NCBI GenBank assembly: GCA_017608625.1
Contig: JAFCFN010000001.1
Span: forward strand, 19,828 to 83,827
Length of the DNA stretch: 64,000 nucleotides
Direction of reading: 5' to 3'
Source: Candidatus Woesearchaeota archaeon
Lineage (GTDB): Archaea; Nanobdellota; Nanobdellia; Woesearchaeales; JAFCFN01
This document shows, one piece after another, positions 9,681 to 16,898 of this stretch (its first letter is position 1; each line of letters starts with the position of its first letter). The notes below the pieces were generated by a model that saw nothing but the letters and a program-made list of their open reading frames with translations, was not told the origin of the DNA and did no database searches. A program made the translations under genes and the position numbers.

Positions 9681-9995
9681 ATGCCAAGAGGAAGACCTGT
9701 AAAAAGCCAGATAAGACAGAATATAGTAGAAATACTCTATTTTTTAGGTGAAGCTCATGGTTATGAGATTTATAAAATCTACAAAGCAATTTTTCCAAAA
9801 GTTAGCATGAGATCAATTTATTATCATTTAAAAAAAGGTGTTGCTTTAGAAGAATTCAAAATAAAACAAATAAAACAAGAAAAAGGAGAATATAGTTGGG
9901 GAAGCCAGGCAGAGAAGATTTATTATAGTTTAGGAAGCAAAGCAAAACCAAAAATAGATAAAAAAACTAAAAAATATATTGAAAAAAGGAGGTAA
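9681..9995 (+). CDS. PadR-like winged-helix transcription regulator
   Basis: The pattern GEAHGYEIYKIYKAIFPKVSMRSIYYHLKKGVALEEF resembles the PadR HTH and wing. It is followed by a Lys-rich tail. Confidence 0.45.
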   Translation: MPRGRPVKSQIRQNIVEILYFLGEAHGYEIYKIYKAIFPKVSMRSIYYHLKKGVALEEFKIKQIKQEKGEYSWGSQAEKIYYSLGSKAKPKIDKKTKKYIEKRR

Positions 9996-9998
9996 AAA

Positions 9999-10211
9999 AT
10001 GACAAAACGGGAAGATAAAATGAAAAAACTTTTGATGAAACTGAATGATTTAAAGCATTTTTTAAAAAATAGCGCTTTAAGTGAAGAAAATATATTGGCA
10101 TTCTGTGCACCTCAGGCAAATGATAAAGACTTTAAAAAATTTTTAAGAAAGTTTGAGGAAATAGTAGATGAATTAAGAAAAAGCATAATAAAAGCAAGAA
10201 GATCAATTTAA
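9999..10211 (+). CDS. Hypothetical small protein
   Basis: The ORF is preceded by an SD-like AGGAGGT and has coding-like composition. Confidence 0.3.
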   Translation: MTKREDKMKKLLMKLNDLKHFLKNSALSEENILAFCAPQANDKDFKKFLRKFEEIVDELRKSIIKARRSI

Positions 10212-10886
10212 TTTTCTTAAAAAACCTAATAAAGCAAATGCTTCTCTCTTAGTTAGCATCGCTTTACCAATTATTCTTTTCCATAATCTTCTCTGGGTTT
10301 CTCTTTTTTGTTCTGTTTCAAAAGGCATTAATTTTAGTTTTTCATTAATTAATTTTAATATAATTTCTTTTTCTTTTTTTGTTATAGGAGGTATTCTTTT
10401 TGCCAGCTCCTTTTTCCCTTTTTCCTTAAATAATTCATAAAAAATAATTGCTGCTGCATGGGATATATTCAAAGCAGAATATTTAGAAGTAGGAATGTTT
10501 ATTATAAAATCACAGGCCAATATTTCTTTATTTGTCAAACCTGAATCTTCTCTGCCAAATAGAATTGCTATTTTTTCTTTTCTTCCTGTTATTTTTTCAG
10601 CAATTTGTTCAGGAAGCAGAGGAGATCTAGGAATGTTATAATCTCTACCTAACTTAGAGGTTGTTCCAATTAGATAATCAAATTTTTTAAGATATGAAAA
10701 ACCAACAATTTTAGCATTTTTTAGAATAGGTTTGGCGTGCTTTGCTCTTCTTATTGCTTCTGGACTTAAATGGTCGCATTTAGGATTTACTAAAATTAAA
10801 TTTTTCAAGTCAAAATTTAACATAACTCTTGCTATTGCTCCAACATTTCCAGGTGTTTTTGGTTCAATCAATATAACATAAATCAT
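10203..10886 (-). CDS. SpoU/TrmH-class RNA 2'-O-methyltransferase (TrmJ-like)
   Basis: The N-terminus IYVILIEPKTPGNVGAIARVMLNFDLKNLILVNP and the segments FGREDSGLTNKEI and SALNISHAAAIIFYE match the TrmJ/SPOUT knot motifs. Confidence 0.65.
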   Translation of the reverse strand: MIYVILIEPKTPGNVGAIARVMLNFDLKNLILVNPKCDHLSPEAIRRAKHAKPILKNAKIVGFSYLKKFDYLIGTTSKLGRDYNIPRSPLLPEQIAEKITGRKEKIAILFGREDSGLTNKEILACDFIINIPTSKYSALNISHAAAIIFYELFKEKGKKELAKRIPPITKKEKEIILKLINEKLKLMPFETEQKRETQRRLWKRIIGKAMLTKREAFALLGFLRKLN

Positions 10887-12103
10887 GGTAATAAAAATTT
10901 ACTTAAATAAGGAAATACTAAATTGATAACAATTAAAAATAAACAAATCAAAGAGATTGATTTCCATAATTTATGTGCTTTCTTTTTGTCGAAAAACTGA
11001 AGAAGAGTTGTATGAAGTATTCTTCCTCCGTCTACTGGGCCAAGTGGAAGTAAATTTGCCAAACCTAAACCAAAATTCAAGATTATTAGCCATATTAATA
11101 GATTAATTAGATGATAAAGCAGAGCAGAACCAAATTTACCATATCTTAATATGGCCCAGTCAGAATATTCAGGAATGAGTTTAAAACTAATTCCGATGAT
11201 TCCTTTATTTGGATTTTTAATACTTGGTTTTGTTGTTAGAATAAAATCTTTACCATCTGCCGTTAAACTAATTGTTTTATTTGGGGTTAAATTACTGATG
11301 AATGTAAAAAAAGCAGTTTCATTTTCAATAGGAATGTTATTTATTTTAGTAATTATCATTCCTTTTTTAAGCCCAACCTCTTCTGCAGCTGAGTCAGTAG
11401 AAATACTTTTTATTTCTAAACCTTTGTATTCTACTATATGGGGTGCTAATTCTCCAAAGTCAATAATTGCAGTTTTGGCAGTTAGATTATGGGGTATGCT
11501 AAAACTTAAGCCAAATAAATCTAAACCAGGCAGTGTAAAACCAAAAAGAAAAACAATGATTAAAGCTAAAACAATATTTGCAACAGGTCCAGCTGCAAAG
11601 ATAGCTAATTGTTTTAGTTTTTTCTTTTTAGTAAGTTTTTTCTCATCAGGCTCTACAAAAGCTCCAAATATTGGGCCGAAGAAAACTATACCTGTATTTT
11701 TTATTCTTACTTTATATAACGAGGCTATGACTCCATGACTGAATTCATGCACAACAGCAACAATAAATATGCTGATTAAGGTATACCAAAAGGGTGTTGT
11801 GATTCCAGGCAAAATTAAACCAAGAACAGGAGCAGCAGCTGGCTTAATAAAGAACTGGAAAAATCCTTTAACAAGTAAATAACTTATTAAGAATAATCCG
11901 AAATAAGCAACAAAAATGCTTGATATACCAAATATATTGAATAAACCAGGTATAAAACTGGTTATCTTTTTCATTAATTTTATGCCGATTTTTGTTCTAT
12001 ACAAAGCTATGAATTTTGCTTGTATATCAAATTTTTTTCTGTTAAGATAAATCAACAAAAAAACTAGAGAATAAAAGATTATAACAACTGACCATTCACT
12101 CAT
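10883..12103 (-). CDS. Site-2 protease-family (M50) zinc metallopeptidase with a PDZ-like domain
   Basis: An HEFSHG (HExxH) motif sits within a TM segment of a multi-TM protein. The soluble insert (KGMIITKINNIPIENETAF) is PDZ-like. Confidence 0.8.
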   Translation of the reverse strand: MSEWSVVIIFYSLVFLLIYLNRKKFDIQAKFIALYRTKIGIKLMKKITSFIPGLFNIFGISSIFVAYFGLFLISYLLVKGFFQFFIKPAAAPVLGLILPGITTPFWYTLISIFIVAVVHEFSHGVIASLYKVRIKNTGIVFFGPIFGAFVEPDEKKLTKKKKLKQLAIFAAGPVANIVLALIIVFLFGFTLPGLDLFGLSFSIPHNLTAKTAIIDFGELAPHIVEYKGLEIKSISTDSAAEEVGLKKGMIITKINNIPIENETAFFTFISNLTPNKTISLTADGKDFILTTKPSIKNPNKGIIGISFKLIPEYSDWAILRYGKFGSALLYHLINLLIWLIILNFGLGLANLLPLGPVDGGRILHTTLLQFFDKKKAHKLWKSISLICLFLIVINLVFPYLSKFLLP

Positions 12104-12104
12104 C

Positions 12105-12266
12105 TTATTTCTTTCTGATCGCTCTTAACGCTTTACTTTTACATCTTCTGCAAGAAACTTTACCTGCTAGAACTTTCATTGGATTAGCTCTTACCTTTGT
12201 TTTGCATTTTTTGCATACATAGATATTTCTAAACATCCTTGCTTCTGCTTCTTTGAATTTCGCCAT
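12105..12266 (-). CDS. rpl40e: Ribosomal protein L40e
   Basis: The 53-aa reverse translation is MAKFKEAEARMFRNIYVCKKCKTKVRANPMKVLAGKVSCRRCKSKALRAIRKK. It has the C4 zinc-ribbon pattern of L40e and an AGGAGG SD upstream. The gene is absent from the track because it is shorter than 60 aa. Confidence 0.7.
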   Translation of the reverse strand: MAKFKEAEARMFRNIYVCKKCKTKVRANPMKVLAGKVSCRRCKSKALRAIRKK

Positions 12267-12286
12267 TTAACCCTTTTCCTCCTTGC

Positions 12287-12338
12287 TAACGCTCGTCGCA
12301 AAAGCGTTAACGGAAAAAAATTTGCTCCGCAAATTTGC
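12287..12338. promoter_or_regulatory. GC-rich element in the aIF5A-to-L40e spacer: a hairpin plus a 10-bp perfect palindrome
   Basis: taacgct (12287-93) pairs with agcgtta (12303-09) across a 9-nt loop. The perfect palindrome GCAAATTTGC sits at 12329-38, and the direct repeat tttgctc occurs twice. The region is GC-rich in an AT-rich genome. Confidence 0.4.
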
Positions 12339-12355
12339 TCGCTTCGCTCGCATTT

Positions 12356-12754
12356 TTACTCGCCAGATTTAATCTGTTTCATAACTTTATCATTCAAGAT
12401 TATCCAATAGAGTACTTGACAACCTTCAACAACCTGACCTTCTAATTCTTCAGGGATCTTAAGATCAAATGTTTCATAAGTTTCTATATCCATCACATTA
12501 GCCATGTCGCCTTGTATTGACAATACAGTTGCTGTTTTCTTTTCTATTATGGGAGTTTCTATTCTATCATGACCTGGCATAACAATGACTCTTTTTTGAT
12601 TATCAATTAAACCAATTGCTTCTACTCTACATTTTGCGTGACCATGCTTACCTGGTCTAGAAGTTAATACATTTACAACTCTACAAGCAGCGCCATCTAT
12701 TACAACATAGTTACCAGGTTTTAAAGATGAAACTTGGACAAGTTTGACAGTCAT
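12356..12754 (-). CDS. eif5a: Translation initiation factor 5A (aIF-5A)
   Basis: The hypusine-loop signature SRPGKHGHAKCRVEA is present, and the length is about 132 aa. Confidence 0.85.
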   Translation of the reverse strand: MTVKLVQVSSLKPGNYVVIDGAACRVVNVLTSRPGKHGHAKCRVEAIGLIDNQKRVIVMPGHDRIETPIIEKKTATVLSIQGDMANVMDIETYETFDLKIPEELEGQVVEGCQVLYWIILNDKVMKQIKSGE

Positions 12755-12756
12755 TT

Positions 12757-12963
12757 TTATTTTGAAGCCAGTTTTATATCTCCAGCTTTAACAGTTTTTC
12801 TTCCAGCATGCATTGCAAGTTTAACAGCTTTAGCACCTATTTCTTCAGCAATTTCTTCTAGTACGTTTTTCAATGCAATTTTAGCTTTATCTGATACTCT
12901 CTCTGCTCCAGCTTTTTTAAGGATTTTTTCCATCGCTGCTAGCGGTAGTAGTCTTTTTACCAT
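12757..12963 (-). CDS. Archaeal histone (HMf-like histone fold)
   Basis: The sequence [61 protein letters not shown] closely follows archaeal histone sequences. Confidence 0.85.
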   Translation of the reverse strand: MVKRLLPLAAMEKILKKAGAERVSDKAKIALKNVLEEIAEEIGAKAVKLAMHAGRKTVKAGDIKLASK

Positions 12964-13018
12964 TTTTAGAAAAACCTCTCTTATTTAAAAAAGTTTTAAC
13001 TTCTATTTAAAGCTTTTG

Positions 13019-14116
13019 TTACTCCACAGCATATCTTAAAATTGCAGCAATTTTTCCTATATCTCTTAATTGCGCACCTTCCCTTGTTTCTGTTGAAATA
13101 ATTTTTACTGTCGCAGCTGTTTTTTTTGCTTCTGCTTCAAATTCTTCTATCTTCTCATCATCCAAATCTTCTGAGAGAAGTAAGATATCAACAGCACCAA
13201 TTTCAAGAACCTTTTTTACTTCATTTTCTCCATAACTGACTTTTGAAGGTTCTTTTGCTAAAAGTGTAAAAAACCTTTGCATTACTTCTTTTTCAGAAGC
13301 AACCTCTTCTTCAGCAAGAATGTCAGCTGATTTGTCCAATAGCTCCTGCAAACCAAATTCTCCTGTATAAGAGAGATCTTTTGTTCCAATTATCTTTTTT
13401 TGCAAGTCCCCTGTTAAGTAACCTCTATTGATAAAATCATTTACAGTTGTACCTGGTCCACCAATAATTATTCCTTTTAAATTTTTTATACCAAGAAATT
13501 CTTCTTTCATGTATTCTGCTATCTTTTTGTAATGATCTTTTAAAGCACCTTCTCTTAGTCTAGCAAATCTAGGAGCACTTTGTCCACCAGCTTTTATTTT
13601 TCCAGGTACTTCTGAATGGCTTTTTCTTATAGGAACTATTGTTTTTCCTTTTAAAAAAGCAAGCATAGCATCTCTTTGGTCCATAACAACTAATCCGTAA
13701 ACTTCTTTAACTTCCAGCATATTTTCTAGAATATCTAAAACAAATTGTTTGTCACATCTATAAATTCTTGTTTTAAGGGGAACAGGAGGTTCTATACTCC
13801 ATACTCTTACATCACTCTGTCCTTCTTTTTCTGCAACATTTCCTGAAAAAACAGCTAATCCATGATCAGGAGTTTTTTTGAACAATCTCAAATGTTGTAT
13901 CATTCTTTCTAAGGCATCTATTACATTTTTTCTTGTTGAAGTTGATTTAATATTAGAAGCAGTACCTTTTTCTTGGAATAAATGATTAATTATTTTGTTC
14001 ATATCATACCCAACAGGAATATAAACAGAAATAAGTTCAGTATGTCTAGCTCTATATCTAGCTAAATCTTTAATAAATTTTTTTAATTTATATTTTTGGT
14101 GAGCAGTTATTGACAT
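13019..14116 (-). CDS. prf1: Peptide chain release factor aRF1
   Basis: The GGQ motif (IKAGGQSAPRFARL) is present, and the domain order fits eRF1/aRF1. Confidence 0.85.
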   Translation of the reverse strand: MSITAHQKYKLKKFIKDLARYRARHTELISVYIPVGYDMNKIINHLFQEKGTASNIKSTSTRKNVIDALERMIQHLRLFKKTPDHGLAVFSGNVAEKEGQSDVRVWSIEPPVPLKTRIYRCDKQFVLDILENMLEVKEVYGLVVMDQRDAMLAFLKGKTIVPIRKSHSEVPGKIKAGGQSAPRFARLREGALKDHYKKIAEYMKEEFLGIKNLKGIIIGGPGTTVNDFINRGYLTGDLQKKIIGTKDLSYTGEFGLQELLDKSADILAEEEVASEKEVMQRFFTLLAKEPSKVSYGENEVKKVLEIGAVDILLLSEDLDDEKIEEFEAEAKKTAATVKIISTETREGAQLRDIGKIAAILRYAVE

Positions 14117-14215
14117 ATTTCAATAAATGAAAAGGAACATTTATAAATCTTATTGAAGATAGAAAGGTTTAAAAATAAACCAATACCTTCTAAAATGAAG
14201 GGCATTACTATGATA

Positions 14216-14412
14216 AAAAGCTACCCAAGGTGCGGGATCCTTTCAAGGACGCATAGCTGTGGGGTAGCTTGGTCTAGCCCTTCTGGTTTGGGTAGTTAAA
14301 ACTAAAAATACCAGACAACCCCGGTTCAAAAACAGCGTGCAGTTGAAACAGCATGCTGTATAACAGCTAACAGAAAGCTGTTTTTGAAACTCCGGGCAGC
14401 CCCATATATTTA
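14216..14412. ncRNA. Candidate structured non-coding RNA; class and strand undetermined
   Basis: A GC-rich island of about 190 nt sits in an AT-rich intergenic gap between aRF1 and L37ae. gctaccc (14220-26) pairs with gggtagc (14262-68). ttcaaaaacagc (14325-36) pairs with gctgtttttgaa (14377-88) over 12 bp, and ccgg/ccgg extends that helix. tctggt pairs with accaga. Only a spurious 60-aa ORF covers it. Confidence 0.4.
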
Positions 14413-14414
14413 AA

Positions 14415-14663
14415 ATGACAGCCACTAAAAAATACGATTCAGTTAAAAGATTTGGATCAAGGTATGGAAGAAGGATAAGGGAAAAAGTAGCTAAAATAGA
14501 ACAAGAGCTGAGAAAAAAACATACTTGTCCGTATTGCAGTTATAAACAAGTAAAAAGACTTGCAGCAGGAATTTGGTATTGTAAGAAATGTTCTACTAGA
14601 TTTACTGGTAAGGCCTATTCTCCTGTTAAAAGAATAGAGTTGGAGGTTGAGGAAAAATCGTAA
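14415..14663 (+). CDS. rpl37ae: Ribosomal protein L37Ae
   Basis: A C4 zinc ribbon (CPYCSYKQVKRLAAGIWYCKKCSTRFTGKAY) is present. The N-terminal RFGSRYGRRIR stretch is also consistent with L37ae. Confidence 0.85.
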   Translation: MTATKKYDSVKRFGSRYGRRIREKVAKIEQELRKKHTCPYCSYKQVKRLAAGIWYCKKCSTRFTGKAYSPVKRIELEVEEKS

Positions 14664-14665
14664 GC

Positions 14666-14794
14666 TACAAGTGTTTTAATTGTAATAAAAGAATTTCTTT
14701 GGAACATCTTAGAGGCAAGGTTAGATGTCCATATTGTGGAAGTATGATGTTATATAAAACAAAAAGTGTACCAACAAAAGTAAAAGCAAGATGA
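14666..14794 (+). CDS. rpoP: RNA polymerase subunit P (RpoP/Rpb12-like zinc ribbon); start codon unclear
   Basis: The frame encodes (I)VSYKCFNCNKRISLEHLRGKVRCPYCGSMMLYKTKSVPTKVKAR, which matches the RpoP pattern YKC..C...(x)..VRCPYCGS..LYK. There is no ATG, GTG or TTG between the upstream in-frame TGA and the first Cys. The stop overlaps the ATG of the next gene. Confidence 0.5.
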   Translation, partial: YKCFNCNKRISLEHLRGKVRCPYCGSMMLYKTKSVPTKVKAR

Positions 14795-15120
14795 ATAAGC
14801 AAACGGAAGAAAAGATTAGGGAGATGCAACTAATTGAACAAAGTCTACAAACTGTTCTGATACAAAAACAAAGTTTTCAGACACAATTGATTGAGTTAGA
14901 ATCAGCTCTTGAAGAATTAGAAAAAAGTTATGAACAGTATAAAATAGTTGGTTCTATTATGGTAAAATCCGAAAAAGAAAATTTAAAAAAAGATTTAAAA
15001 TCAAAAAAAGAACTATTAGAATTAAGAATTAAAAATTTAGAAAAGCAAGAAGCTAAATTTAAAGAGAGTGCAACTAAGTTACAGGATGAATTATTAAAGG
15101 AATTAAAAGAGAAAAAATAA
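14791..15120 (+). CDS. pfdB: Prefoldin beta subunit
   Basis: The 109-aa protein is coiled-coil at both ends with a central beta-hairpin region, and it lies in the conserved L37ae-rpoP neighbourhood. Confidence 0.6.
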   Translation: MNKQTEEKIREMQLIEQSLQTVLIQKQSFQTQLIELESALEELEKSYEQYKIVGSIMVKSEKENLKKDLKSKKELLELRIKNLEKQEAKFKESATKLQDELLKELKEKK

Positions 15121-15131
15121 TTCTTTTAAAA

Positions 15132-15374
15132 ATGGCTGAGAGAATAGAAAAGATTATTGATTCTTTGTCTGAAGTTCAACAAGATCCAACTGTTCCTAAG
15201 AATGTAAGAGATAAAATAGCAGATATAATTAACACTTTGAGAAAAGATGGTGAGCTTTCCATTAAAATTCACAAGGTATTAAATGAGCTGGATGAAATTG
15301 CAGGAGATATAAATCTGCAACCATATACTAGGACTTTGGTATGGAATATTGTTTCTGAATTAGAAAAAATTTAA
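15132..15374 (+). CDS. Small conserved archaeal protein (possibly UPF0147-like)
   Basis: The 80-aa helical protein has a DPTVPKNVRDKIADIINTL stretch, but the family assignment is uncertain. Confidence 0.35.
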   Translation: MAERIEKIIDSLSEVQQDPTVPKNVRDKIADIINTLRKDGELSIKIHKVLNELDEIAGDINLQPYTRTLVWNIVSELEKI

Positions 15375-15937
15375 TTCTTTTTCTTAGCTACTTCTTTTTT
15401 CATTAAAATTGAATTTGGGATATAAATATCCTCCTTCTTTGTTTCCATCAAGGTTTCTGTTAAAGTTATTTTTTTAATCTTGCCTTGTTTTCCTTGAACT
15501 GTAATTGTGTCGCCTTCTTTAATTAGGTTTTTTTGTTTGATTAAAAAACCAGCAAATATATTTGGCAAAGTATCTTTAAGCGAGATTATTACTAATAAAA
15601 TGGCAAGTGTTATTATTCCTGCAGCGAGTATATGTAAAATAGTTGTTGTTAAACCGAGTTTATTTAAAGCAATTAAAATAGTTGTAAAATATACAATGTA
15701 TGCTACAATATTCCCAAAAAGAGCTTCTAGAGAAAAACCTACACCCATTTTAGCCATTAAAGAATTCAAACCAATTCCATGCAATGCTTTTTGAACTAAT
15801 TTACCAAGCAATCTACCAATTACAAATCCAATTAAAAGAATGGCTAAAACTACAATTACTTTTGTAGCTATACCTATATATAATTCATTTAAGTATTTTA
15901 TACCTCCACTTATTGTTTCGCTAGTAATATTATTCAT
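15371..15937 (-). CDS. Small-conductance mechanosensitive channel (MscS-like), short form
   Basis: Three N-terminal TM helices are followed by a beta-rich domain (IKEGDTITVQGKQGKIKKITLTETLMETKKEDIYIPNSIL), as in the MscS core. Confidence 0.55.
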   Translation of the reverse strand: MNNITSETISGGIKYLNELYIGIATKVIVVLAILLIGFVIGRLLGKLVQKALHGIGLNSLMAKMGVGFSLEALFGNIVAYIVYFTTILIALNKLGLTTTILHILAAGIITLAILLVIISLKDTLPNIFAGFLIKQKNLIKEGDTITVQGKQGKIKKITLTETLMETKKEDIYIPNSILMKKEVAKKKN

Positions 15938-15991
15938 ATATTAAAAACAAAAGGAATAATCTTTATAAATTTTATTGGTATATAATCTAGT

Positions 15992-16831
15992 ATGCCAGCA
16001 AATGTTACAGCAGAGTACAAAGCAGCTGAGTTAGAATATACTAGAGCAAAGACTACAAAAGAAAAAATTGCAGCTTTACAAAAGATGTTACGAGAAGTAC
16101 CAAAGCATAAAGGCAGTGAGAAATTGCAAGCAGATATTAAATCAAAACTTGCAAAATTTAGAGCATTACTTAAAAAAGAAGCTCAGTTAAAGAAGAAAGC
16201 ACATTTAATAGCTATTAAAAAAGAAGGCACTGCCCAGGTTGTGTTGGTTGGAACAACAAACAGTGGTAAGTCTACATTGCTTAATGAATTAACTGGGGCA
16301 AAAGCAGAGATAGCTCCTTACCCTTTTACAACAAAAATGCCAGAAATAGGTATTATGGACTATAAAGGAGTTAAGATACAGATTATTGAGATCCCAGCAA
16401 TTGTTGAAAATTTTTATGAGACAGAGAGAGGACCTACATTTTTAGGTATAATAAGAAATGCCGATCTAATAGTAATGCTGTTTAATTCAGATGAAGAAAG
16501 AGAGCTTATTACAAAAGAATTATTCAAAGCAGAAATAGATCTGCCAATAGTGTATTATTATCATCAGGACAATATTAAAGATCTTATTTGGCAGAGACTA
16601 GGTTTGATTAAGGTATTTACAAAAGAACATGGTAAAAAGTCAACAGGAATCCCTTTTGCATTAAAGAGAGGTTCTACTGTAAGAGATTTAGCTGAACATA
16701 TACATAAAGACTTTATTAGAAAATTTCGTTATGCTAAAATTTGGGGGAAATCAGCAGCTTTTCCAGGGCAACAAGTTGGTTTAGATCATATTCTGGAAGA
16801 TGATGATATTGTACAAATATATCTGAAATGA
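15992..16831 (+). CDS. DRG/Rbg-family (Obg-related) GTPase with a C-terminal TGS domain, compact form
   Basis: An N-terminal helix (EKLQADIKSKLAKFRALL) precedes a P-loop (VLVGTTNSGKSTLLNELTG) and FTTK. A C-terminal TGS-like segment (VRDLAEHIHKDFIRKFRYAKIWG) follows. Confidence 0.7.
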   Translation: MPANVTAEYKAAELEYTRAKTTKEKIAALQKMLREVPKHKGSEKLQADIKSKLAKFRALLKKEAQLKKKAHLIAIKKEGTAQVVLVGTTNSGKSTLLNELTGAKAEIAPYPFTTKMPEIGIMDYKGVKIQIIEIPAIVENFYETERGPTFLGIIRNADLIVMLFNSDEERELITKELFKAEIDLPIVYYYHQDNIKDLIWQRLGLIKVFTKEHGKKSTGIPFALKRGSTVRDLAEHIHKDFIRKFRYAKIWGKSAAFPGQQVGLDHILEDDDIVQIYLK

Positions 16832-16898
16832 TACTAATTGAACTACCGATATTAGATAACAAAAAATTTATTAATCTAAGTTATCATTATTTTAATAT

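Noticed and set aside
14216-14412. Attempted to read the GC-rich island as a tRNA (possibly intron-containing), a 5S rRNA or a canonical RNase P or SRP RNA.
   Set aside because: I found no cloverleaf with T-loop or D-loop consensus on either strand and no 5S loop-C motif. The RNase P-like GAAACUCCGGGC sits at the 3' end with no P4 partner, so I did not assign it to a class and left it as an unclassified ncRNA candidate.
14243-14425. A 60-aa ORF on the minus strand covering the GC-rich island.
   Set aside because: The translation (Cys/Thr-rich, nonsense-like) and its location inside a heavily base-paired GC-rich element make a structured RNA far more likely than a protein.
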